From Octopus sinensis (taxonomy: Eukaryota): a stretch of DNA of 20,630 nt. The notes under the pieces were generated by a model. That model was not told where the DNA came from, did no database searches, and was given only the letters and a program-made list of their open reading frames with translations. The DNA lies in contig NW_021823952.1 of NCBI RefSeq assembly GCF_006345805.1, positions 1 to 20,630 of the forward strand, given 5' to 3'. Positions within the stretch are counted from its first letter, which is position 1. Every line of letters starts with the position of its first letter. This document shows positions 9,315 through 18,954 of this stretch, one piece after another. Both the position numbers and the translations under genes were made by a program.

Positions 9315-10185
9315 TACTCTTTTACTTGTTTCAGTCATGCTGGGGGGACAAACACAAACACACATATATATACATACATATATATATATACATATATATA
9401 TATAATATACATTTCAAAGTGGAAAAATTTACAGATTTTTTCTCTTACAAGGTTTTTCACACTAACTACTGATAATTTCTTATAAAGATTTTATCCTTAT
9501 TTTTAAATTTATATTTTTCACCGGAATAGTTCAATACTGAATTTTTGTTCCGAGTAGGCAAGTTGTTACCGAAATGCATTGCGAATAAGCCCGCCATTTT
9601 CATAGATATGTAAAGATAAACATTCGTACATGCTGCAACGAATTCTACAGTTGGCTGTCGGGTTTGTAATGTTGTGTTTTTTCTTATATGTCTTGAGTTC
9701 GTTGCACTGAAAAGCATAGAATGCATAGAATGCATTGATTGCGAAATCTCAGGTGATATGTAACTAAATTCTGTTTTTAAATTACTTGCTTTGAAGTTTT
9801 GCATTCGGTACAATTTTGTTTATTTTAGTAGTTTTGACTGCAAAAGTCCCTCCTAGCATGCAGTACCTATGAATAATAGTACCCTCTATATAATATAAAT
9901 AAATATTTTCAAAGTGGAAAAATTTACAGATTTTTTCTCTTACGAGGTTTTTCATGCTAACTACTGATAATTTCTTATAAAGATTTTATCCTTATTTTTA
10001 AATATATATATATACATATATACGATGGGCTTCTTTCAGTTTCTGTCTACCAAATCCACCCACAAGGCTTTGGTCGGCCCGAGGCTATAGTGGAAGCCAC
10101 TTACACAAGGTGTCACATAGTGGGACTGAACCTGGAACCATGTGGTTCATAAGCAAGCTACTTACCACACAGCCACTCCTCTGCC
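9315..10185 (-). mobile_element. SINE family A split in its (TA)n tract by a 592-bp insertion
   Basis: Tail and middle at 9315-9410 (internally deleted); head half at 10004-10185. Confidence 0.75.
9412..10003. mobile_element. Unclassified insertion with 97-bp terminal direct repeats
   Basis: 9412-9508 vs 9907-10003, 3 mismatches, offset 495; (TA)n on both flanks. Confidence 0.7.
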
Positions 10186-11000
10186 TATTACATATTTTTA
10201 ATCCATAATTTATAATCCATAATTTGCTAACCCTAACATTTCAGATAAGCGAGTGATGTGTAATTCAATGATGGGTTAGTTATGCACATTAAACAATTTC
10301 TATTCTTAGTGAATCCATCACAGTGCTTGCCGAATCTTTAACTGCTTTCTGTATATTGCAGCTGAATGCGCTGTACTGTTAATTAAAGTAGGAATCCAGG
10401 TACCTCTTCTCTGGTCAACAAACTGTGAAACAATTCATTAAGAGACCTCACTACATCAAAAGCATAGAAAGATGGCATTTATATTCTTATTTCATCCACA
10501 TTGGGGCTTTGCTCTCTCTCTCTCTCTCTCTCTCTCCTTACATATATATATATATATATATATTTATGATATTTTGTAAAGAAACCCAGAGGCTTGATAA
10601 GTTACAGAGGAAAAGCGATTATGAAAGAAGTCATTTTTATACAATAATAATAATATAATAATATATCACGATAATAATATATATACTCCAATTAAAGTGA
10701 CATTTATCTAAACAATTGAGTGAAAAATGATAAGCTAACTTCCAACTAGAATCAGACCCACAAATCAACACTAACATGGCTCTTTTGTGCATCCGATTGA
10801 GCCAGAATACTCACCTACAAATTATATATTATATATATATCAAATTGCTGTTTTTACTGAGATCTCCCTTTTTAGTAGAAGAAATAGCTATAACTCTTTG
10901 ACTGCTATTTCTAAATTCGGTATGTGGTAAGGCAATTCGTTGCTAAACCCTTTATTGCTTATATATTATATATAATATATATATATATATTATATATAGT

Positions 11001-11200
11001 TAATCCAAACAAGAAAACACAAAAAAACACACAATGCGAGGACATGGAACAATATAGTATTATTGGACGCTCAGGAAAGAAGGGAAGAAGGAGGGTTTAA
11101 CGTTTCAAGCGGAGCTCTTCGTCGGACATAGGAGAAGGAAAGATCCCAAGAAGGGAAGACAGAGGAAAAAAATCGCCAACAGTACATACGAGGTAACTTT
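11001..11200 (-). mobile_element. Penelope-like pLTR-type element in (TA)n with a hammerhead-like motif
   Basis: Minus strand CCGACGA-A-GAGC-TCC-GCTT-GAAA-CG-T-T-AAAC at 11125-11095; shares TTCCTGAGYGYC..TAATAC downstream with 8172-8374. Confidence 0.6.
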
Positions 11201-11237
<37 letters not shown>

Positions 11238-11560
11238 TATATAATATATATATATATTTCAGTAGCAAATAATACCTAATTATAATTGTTTTTCCTCGTC
11301 TAATAAGCATAATTTTTCTAAATCTTTTTAGTATATATAAATAGCTAGATAAGTAAATGTCTTGATGTAGAATTTCTATGTTAATTTTTTATTCTTCCAT
11401 TACCTACTGATGTCATCATAAGTTTAAATACTAAACTGGCTTTCCTTAGCAGATAATATTTCTTCTTCACATTCTTTTCGTATGTGTTCATGTAGTAGAG
11501 ACCTTATCTCAAATCACTTTGAATTCAACCTGTTTTGGTTTACATTGATAGCATTCACAT

Positions 11561-11860
11561 TCATCATCATCATCATCAACATCGTTTAACATCCGTCTTC
11601 CATGTATGCATGGGTTGGACAGTTGACAAGAGCTGGCCAGGTAGAAGACTACCCCAGGCTACTGTATCTGTTTTGGTGGGGCTTTTACAGCTTGATACCC
11701 TTCCTAACACCAACCACTCTACAAAGTGGATTCAGTGCTTTTTACATGGCACCACCACAGGTGAGGTTGGTTTTGACTTGATTTTTATAGCTGGAGGCCC
11801 TTCCAAATGCCAACCATTCTACAGTGTGGACTGGATGCTTTTTACGTGGCACCAGCATAA
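11561..11860 (-). mobile_element. Family C retroelement, diverged, with an internal 100-bp tandem duplication
   Basis: 11683-11757 vs 11783-11857. Confidence 0.8.
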
Positions 11861-11906
11861 ATTTTTGGGTATATTGGTTTGAATGTTATTTTGTATCATT
11901 TTTCTA

Positions 11907-12297
11907 TACTCTCTTTTAATCTTTTACTTGTTTCAGTCATTTGACTGTGGCCATGCTAGAATACTGCCTTTAGTTGAGCAAATCGACCCCAGGACTTATT
12001 CTTTGTAAGCCTAGTACTTATTCTGTCGGTCTCTTTTGCTGAACCGCCAAGTTACGGGGACGTAAACACACCAGCATTGGTTGTCAAGCGATGTTGGAGG
12101 GACAAGCACAGACACACAAACACAGACATATATACGACAGGCTTCTTTCAGTTTCCGTCTACCAAATCCACTCACAAGGCATTGGTTGGCCCGAGGCTAT
12201 AGTAGAAAACACTTGCCCAAGGTGCCACGCAGTTGGACTGAACCCAGAACCATGTCGTTGGTAAGCAAGCTACTTACCACACAGCCACTCCTACACC
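11907..12297 (-). mobile_element. SINE family A, full length
   Basis: Reverse-complement match to 5893-6298. Confidence 0.9.
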
Positions 12298-12403
12298 TAT
12301 ATCTAAATATGCTGGCAAAATAGAAACAATCGTTAGTAACGAATGGTGTAATCATCAATTAATGATGACATTTTTTCCATCCTTGTTCATGCTGTTATAT
12401 AAG

Positions 12404-12586
12404 CAAGGCCAGCCCTAGGGTTGCTGGGGCCCTGGGCAAGCTGAACTTCTGCATGTACAAGCTGACGGTTGTGGAAATTTCCTTGTCAATGCCACGCCCT
12501 CCTTGGCACCCCCTAGCACATGGCGCTACCTAGCACATGGCACCCCAAGTGACTGCCCAAGTTGCCAGTACCTTGAGCTGGCCCTG
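12404..12586. mobile_element. 183-bp hAT-type MITE
   Basis: Imperfect TIRs CAAGGCCAGCCCTAGG / CCTTGAGCTGGCCCTG; 8-bp TSD TATATAAG at 12396-12403 and 12587-12594. Confidence 0.85.
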
Positions 12587-12591
12587 TATAT

Positions 12592-12935
12592 AAGGCATGG
12601 TTGTATGGCAAGAAGCTTGTTTCCCACATGGTTTCAGGTTCAGTCCCACTGCGTGGTACCTTGGGCAAGTGTCTTCTGCTTTAGCCTCGGGCCAAGCAAA
12701 GCCTTGTGAGTGGATTTGGTAGACGGAAACTGAAAGAAGCCTGTTCATCATCATCATTTAATATCTGTTTTCCATGCTGGCATGGGTTGTACATATAAAT
12801 ATATGTGTGTGTGTTTTTGTGTCTGTATTTGTCCACCACTACTGCTTGATAACTGCTGTTGGTGTGTTTACATCCCCATAACTTAGTGGTTTGGCAAAAG
12901 AGACTGATAGAATAAATAGCAGGCTTAACAAAATA
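12592..12935 (+). mobile_element. SINE family A carrying a short family C tail fragment (about 12745-12788) at its internal tract
   Basis: Head to GAAAGAAGCC, then CATCATCATCATTTAATATCTGTTTTCCATGCTGGCATGGGTTG, then the family A 3' body resumes. Confidence 0.8.
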
Positions 12936-12954
12936 TAAACAGTGCTTACTCCCT

Positions 12955-13322
12955 CGTGTGTATGTATGTATGTATGTATGTATGTATGTATGTATGTATG
13001 TATGTATGTATGCATGCGTGTGTGTGTATGTATGTATGCATGCATGCATGCATGCATGCGTGTATGTATGTATGTATGTATGCATGTATGCGTGTATGTG
13101 TGTATGTGTGTATGTGTGTATGTGTGTATGTATGTATGTATGTATGCATGCATGCATGCATGCATGCATGTATGTGTGTATGTATGTATGTGTGTATGTA
13201 TGTATGTGTGTATGTATGTATGTATGTATGTGTGTATGTATGTATGTATGTATGTATGTATGTATGTATGTATGTATGTATGTATGTATGTATGTATGTA
13301 TGTATGTATGTATATGCATACA
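12955..13322. repeat. (TATG)n/(CATG)n/(TG)n compound microsatellite
   Basis: Direct reading; source of the MYVC/HTYI pseudo-ORFs. Confidence 0.95.
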
Positions 13323-13343
13323 TATGTTGGCCAGTAGTTCATA

Positions 13344-13381
13344 TATCTGAGGAAGACACACTCTGAAACACTAGGGTAGTA
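13344..13381 (+). ncRNA. Minimal hammerhead-like motif with intact core nucleotides
   Basis: TAT-CTGAGGA-AGA-CACAC-TCT-GAAA-CACTAGGG-T-A-GTA; short stems, near-palindromic stem III, GUA triplet. Confidence 0.45.
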
Positions 13382-13434
13382 ATATTTAGAAGGTTGTTTG
13401 TTATGGCTGGTCAGAGAGTAACCATTCCTTTCAC

Positions 13435-13603
13435 ACCTAATCTGCCTCAAGTATTCCCAGCCATTTATATCCTGATTCCGGTCCAGTTGCCTCCATCATT
13501 TCACTACTTGCCATGCTTTTTACCTTCTCTTCTAATAAACTTTTCGTTTTTCATCACCTTCACATTACATTTTGAGAATCCAATCTCCATTTTGATATCA
13601 GCT
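13435..13603 (-). pseudogene. Decayed R4/Dong-like (RLE-type) non-LTR retrotransposon RT C-terminal fragment
   Basis: ADIKMEIGFSKCNVKVMKNEKFIRREG/K-fs-SMASSEMMEATGPESGYKWLGILEAD* fits DI.MEFG..KC...MKRGK...YKYLGILEAD. Confidence 0.7.
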
Positions 13604-13683
13604 AAAAAAAAAAAAATCTCCACAGAATGGACTAGACTATCTAATGGACTAGAATAGTCCACAGAATGGACTAGACTATCTAA

Positions 13684-14023
13684 CTCGCCTCCTTATGAGA
13701 GCTCAAAATCTCTCGTGGAAGCGTCATCCAACCAAAGTACAAATATATGGGAAACTACCACCTGTGTCATCTCTTGTGAAAGGTAGAAGAGTCCAGTTTG
13801 CTGGACATTGTTGTAGAGCTGAAAAAGAAGTAATTTCTACTCTTCTCCTCTGGAAGCCATCTACTCGCAATACCAGAGGGCGCACACTCTCCTACCCTGA
13901 TGTAATCTCCAGGGATACAGGCATCCAGCAACAGGACCTCCGTAATGCCATGATGGACCGTGAAGTCTGGCGTAGCATGGTAAATTCCATTGTCTCGACC
14001 ACGGTCGAACAATGATGATGATG
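13684..14023 (+). mobile_element. Young 5'-truncated RTE-clade LINE 3' end
   Basis: Open frame ...RRVQFAGHCCRAEKEVISTLLLWKP...MMDREVWRSMV...EQ*; (TGA)n tail; putative 6-bp TSD ATCTAA at 13678-13683 and 14024-14029. Confidence 0.9.
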
Positions 14024-14119
14024 ATCTAATTCTACCTCCCTTTCTTTGTGAACAACTTCAAATCATCCCAAAATAGTAGGTGACTGAACTTTCTTTTACC
14101 ACTTCCCAGTTCAAACCCC

Positions 14120-14146
<27 letters not shown>

Positions 14147-14150
<4 letters not shown>

Positions 14151-14386
14151 ATCAAAATAAGCAACAAGAATATCTTTGGTAATTTGGTACGGTCATTTCA
14201 CGCTACATCATTTTATTAAACATTGTAAGTATTACAACAGTTTTAAAATGTTGAGCAATCATCAGCCATTTATAGAGCTGATGATTGCTCAACATTTTAA
14301 AACTGTTGTAATACTTACAATGTTTAATAAAATGAAATGATCGTACCAATTTACCGAAGATATTCTTGTTGCTTATTTTGATTATA
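14147..14386. repeat. 240-bp near-perfect palindrome beside (TA)n
   Basis: Arms 14147-14266 and 14277-14386, 10-nt loop, 3 mismatches and one 10-bp indel. Confidence 0.92.
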
Positions 14387-14502
14387 ATCACCCCAAGGAT
14401 TTATATGGATAACACCATACAAAATTCTGGTGCATCTAACTTAAGTACCATATTCATTTGAATCTAAATTTTGCTGAACTTTATATATATATATATATAT
14501 AT

Positions 14503-14640
14503 GTGCTTAACCATTTTCTCGCACCATCTCTAATGAAGGGATATATAAGATATCCTGGAAACAGCTGTAAGACCTTCTCTTTATAGATGTTCTGAAATCT
14601 TTCACAGCCTTGAATTTTTATCTCATTCTGTTAATTTATT
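14503..14640 (+). mobile_element. Short pLTR-type element with a hammerhead-like motif (14527-14572)
   Basis: TCT-CTAATGA-A-GGGATAT-ATAAG-ATATCCT-G-GAAA-CAGCTG-T-A-AGA; TA-rich flanks; T-rich 3' segment. Confidence 0.55.
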
Positions 14641-14792
14641 ATATACACGCATGCTCATAAATGACCTACGTTGGACTCCTCATTCGCATAAGCACCAAAC
14701 CTGGAGCTTAACTATAGTCTTTCCATAGCACTTACTCAGCATTACCTGACACTTTTGGGCCTTCCAGACACCATTACCTCTCATAAGCTATA

Positions 14793-14825
<33 letters not shown>

Positions 14826-15071
14826 TAATTTAGAGATAGTATACCCCTACTTCTCACCAAATAAAAAGAATTTCTATTTTTATTTTAAATACCAACTGTT
14901 TTATTACTTGGCAACACGTGTTTCATGATATACATCCTTGGGTTCCTAAACCACTCCGTGATTCCCTGGAACCCCTCTCAAAATGCCACCCCAATCATCA
15001 GGCCCTTATAACTTTATCAACGTTCAATACAATAAACTATATTTTAAATTTTTTAAACCCTTAAGTATGTT

Positions 15072-15122
<51 letters not shown>

Positions 15123-15123
<1 letters not shown>

Positions 15124-15390
15124 CATCATCATCGTTTAACGTCCGTTTTCCACGCTAGCACGGGTTGGACGGTTCGACCGGGGTCTGGGAAGCCAGGAGC
15201 TGCGCCAGGCTCCAGTCTGATCTGGCAGTGTTTCTACAGCTGGATGCCCTTCCTAACGCCAAACACTCCGCGAGTGTAGTGGGTGCTTTTTATGTGCCAC
15301 CTGCACAGGTGCCAGGGGAGTCCGGCATCGGCCACGATCGGTTGGTGCTTTTAATGTGCCACCAGCACAGAAGCCAGCCAAGGCGGTGAG
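15123..15390 (-). mobile_element. Family C retroelement, young-looking copy
   Basis: (CAT)n tail and a CpG-rich body shared with the other copies. Confidence 0.88.
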
Positions 15391-15394
15391 ACAG

Positions 15395-15399
15395 ATAGG

Positions 15400-15452
<53 letters not shown>
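15395..15452. repeat. (AGAT)n microsatellite
   Basis: Direct reading. Confidence 0.95.
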
Positions 15453-15453
<1 letters not shown>

Positions 15454-16548
15454 TTAACAGACTTATTTTATTGCAGCATCTAGTTACAATTTGAAAGGGA
15501 CGTGATAGGGGTCCAGTTTAAGGGATTTTTATAGCTTTGCACACCAATGAGATGTGGCATTTGTTAGTATACGATAATAAAATTGAATTGAGTTTATCAA
15601 TTAATGGTTGAAATATTTAATTGTTCAATATATTGTTTTGGTTTCCATTTCTAATTTATAATAAATATTAACAATAATACAGATGGGTTGAGTTGTTGTT
15701 TATTCTGCCCCTAACTCAGAAACTTCCATCTGTTGGATGTGAAGTGTAGAATCAACTGAGGAATACGTGCCATGAGTGAACCCCTACGTGACTTTGAATA
15801 CACGTTGTATATTCTGTCAATGCATGTGAATGTGCCCATAACTGGAAGGTCAAACCTGTATTTATTTTAGTAGGTACACATTGTCAATGCACTGGTTCAC
15901 CATCCCCGACTCTACTTTGGTGTTTTTGTTATTTAAGTACCTGATTCCATCAGATCCTGAAAAGTTTATGTTATATATATATATATATATACACACACGC
16001 ATGAGGGGGTGCTAAAATGTGTGTGTTATCTCTTACATAGATGATATTAGAGTAGTTAACCTGACTACATGATATGCTGACACAAAGTTGTTCACACCGA
16101 CCGAAAGACACCCAGCCACCCACTTATAATAAACCAAGGGTAGCCAGCAAGTGTTCAACAAAGGGGTGATGTGTGTAACATTTCTTCCCTAAGAATCCTT
16201 ACCATCAAGTGTCATATCTAAGGACAAAGGGACAGACGTTTATGAACAAACATGTCAGATGTGAAAATATCATAACCAAAATATGTCAGCTTCTAAACTG
16301 ACATATTTTGGTTGTCTCCTGTGGCACCCAGGGTTATGAGGAACCTATTCTAGAAACCATGCTGCAGATGCTATAATATACCAAAATGGAATTCAAAGAC
16401 ACATATACATATAACACATCTAAGTCGTATACACCAATACAAGTAGTATGTAGAGGTAGCAATAGCAATTAAGGATCATACTGTACAGGCCATTGATATA
16501 TTTGCATACCTTGGCAGAACTCTATCAATGAAATAAAAAGGTGAACTA

Positions 16549-16870
16549 TCATCATCATCATCCTTTAATGTCCATGCTGGCATGGGTTGGTCAATGTGAC
16601 CAGAGCTGGCAAGTTGGGGAACAGACTCCAGTCTGATTGGGCATGGTTTCCAAGGCTGGATGCCCTTCCTAACACCAGCCACTTTACAGAGTGGCACTGG
16701 GTGCTTTTACGTGGCACTGCACAATTGATTTTGCATGGCACAGCACTGACACTTTTGCATGGCACTGCACAGGTACTTTTATGTGGAACCACACAGATGC
16801 ATTGACGTGACACTGCACGGGCACTTTTATGTGATGCCACACAGACACTTTTACGTGGTGTTCTACACCA
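16549..16870 (-). mobile_element. Family C retroelement, diverged, with six internal 24-bp tandem units
   Basis: Units start at 16712, 16736, 16760, 16784, 16808 and 16832. Confidence 0.8.
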
Positions 16871-16944
16871 ATAGGAGGATCAGTCTTAACACTTCTGCTG
16901 TAGAGAATGGGTCTTCTTGAGTATGGCAAGGCACCAGGCATCTT

Positions 16945-17177
16945 ATATCTTTATTGCCCACAAGAGGCTTAACATAGAGGGGACAAACAAGGACAGACAA
17001 AGGGGTTAAGTCGATTACATTGACCCCAGTGCATAACTGGTACTTAATTTATCAATACCGAAAGGATGAAAGGCAAAGTCGACCTCGGCCGAATTTGAAC
17101 TCAGAACGTAACAGCAGACAAAATACCTCTAAGCCTTTTGCCCGGTGTGCTAACGTTTCTGCCAGCTCACCGCTTTT
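16945..17177 (-). mobile_element. tRNA-derived SINE family B
   Basis: Minus strand head GCGGTGAGCTGGCAGAAACGTTAGC and B box GAGTTCAAATTC; flanking AGG(C/T)ACCAGGCATCTT at 16929-16944 and 17190-17205 (probable TSD). Confidence 0.88.
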
Positions 17178-17272
17178 AGGCGAGCCAAGAGGTACCAGGC
17201 ATCTTGGGTCCTTTGGCATCTAGTCTGAAAGGTTCAGTATCCTGAGGTCATCTTCAGTACTTCATCCCAGTA

Positions 17273-17367
17273 CTTCCTGGGTCTTCCGTGTCTTCCCGGG
17301 TCTCCCATGTCTTCCTGGGTCTCCCATGTCTTCCTGGGTCTCCCATGTCTTCCTGGGTCTCCTTTAT
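17273..17367. repeat. 19-bp minisatellite, 5 units (CTTCCTGGGTCTCCCATGT)
   Basis: Units at 17273, 17292, 17311, 17330 and 17349. Confidence 0.9.
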
Positions 17368-18071
17368 CTTCTTGGATTTCTGAACTACAAACGCCAACAT
17401 TGTTTTTTTTCCTCCAAACAAAGATAAAAATCTGCTCAGCTGTTATTCTGCCAACTACACTATTTGCCAGTGACAGACTGATTGTTTAGCTACCCTGACA
17501 AGATGCTTGACAGATTTTGCCTGAGCTGACTCCACAAAATGATGCAGCAGATGTTTTTAGGATAAGGTCCCAGAAACTGAGATTCTTAAACATGTGGTTC
17601 TGCCCTGCATTCACATTTATCTCTACCATAAAGTCCTAGTAGAGTTGCTATGTCCATTGCTGACACACTTAATAAAGCAACTTTATATAATGAGGGACAA
17701 CAGACTGTCTATCACATGTTTATAAAACATGGCACAAAATTTGAGGAGAGCTTCACAAAAACTAAAAGTAGTTGTAAAACTAGATCGCCACACAAATGTT
17801 TCTCTTATGGCTGGCATCAATTTTTCCAATACCAAATGGCACTAGAAGGTCATATTCTCTTGGGAATGTCACAGAGTCTGTGGATTGATTGCCTCCAACA
17901 TTCACAGAAGAAATAATCCTCCGTCCAACAAGAGACAACAATCGGCTTGATTCCTCTGCTTCAAAACTCCAGATTAACGCTTCCAGTTGTGGAACCATTA
18001 AAGTCAATGTCATCTTGAGCTGAATCTTATCCAACGATTCCTTACAGACTACTCTGTCAGTCTGTCTGTCA

Positions 18072-18086
18072 CCCTCTCTCTCTCTC

Positions 18087-18120
<34 letters not shown>

Positions 18121-18180
18121 CCTCTCTCTCTCTCCTCCACCTCTCTCTCCCTCCCTCTATCCCCCTTCCCCTCTCTCTGT
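18072..18180. repeat. (CT)n/pyrimidine microsatellite
   Basis: Direct reading. Confidence 0.9.
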
Positions 18181-18249
18181 ATGTTTTTCTCTTTGTGTAG
18201 AAGTTCTTAGATTTAAGATTTCATCATGTAGAGTGAAGAATGGCATAAT

Positions 18250-18471
18250 CATCATCACCATTGTTCGACCGTGGTCGAGACAATGGAATTTACCATGCTA
18301 CGCCAGACTTCACGGTCCATCATGGCATTACGGAGGTCCTGTTGCTGGATGCCTGTATCTCTGGAGATTACATCAGGGTAGGAGAGTGTGCGCCCTCTGG
18401 TGTTGCGAGTAGATGGCTTCCAGAGGAGAAGAGTAGAAATTGCCTCGTTTTCAGCTCTACAACAATGTCCA
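18250..18471 (-). mobile_element. Second young 5'-truncated copy of the same RTE LINE
   Basis: About 6 differences from 13803-14023 over roughly 215 bp; 11-bp TSD AATGGCATAAT at 18239-18249 and 18479-18489. Confidence 0.92.
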
Positions 18472-18954
18472 ATTTTCAAATGGCATAATACACAGTATGA
18501 GGGAACTTTTACTGGGAGTAGCACCAAAATTTGGCACTGAAAGCTCTGAGAATCCCTTAAACTGTACCCCCACCCTGTCCCTTTCATATTACAACTAGAT
18601 GCTGCAATAAATTAAAATTCAAAGACTCAGAGTAATTCAAGATGATTCTGACCCTTCTTATGGATATATTAGGAATGTCAACATGACATTACGTAACAGC
18701 CACCTGTAAATGTCAACATGACATTCCTTATATCTTATGTTTGGTAAAGAGATAACAAGTCTATTTCGGCCAATGTGTAGAAGGGTCTGAACTTTCTCAG
18801 CTCCCTCTCTATTTCCTCACTATAGCAACCTTTCCTTATGAGATGGCAGCAAGTAGATCCCTCAGAAGTCAGCTTCTTCTACTCTGGATTAATACTGAAA
18901 TATTTTAGGGAGACCCACAATGTATCCTTGTAAAGAAGACATAATGATGTCCCT

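Noticed and set aside
10362-10422. Small exon candidates on both strands around GGTACC
   Set aside because: The palindromic site gives donors on both strands, and neither peptide is recognisable.
12681-13450. Six overlapping ORFs of 125-226 aa (HTYI/MYVC repeats)
   Set aside because: Stop-free reading of a (TATG)n microsatellite in multiple frames on both strands.
14736-14780. Minus-strand donors GTAAGT and GTAATG suggesting an exon
   Set aside because: No credible acceptor or recognisable peptide.
15780-15945. Cys-rich frame ...HCQCTGSPSPTLLW (Ig-like)
   Set aside because: Short, bounded by stops, no consistent splice sites or further domain motifs.
16684-16941. ORF with 8-aa CH(V/A)K repeats resembling a metal-binding protein
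   Set aside because: Product of the 24-bp tandem expansion inside a family C retroelement.
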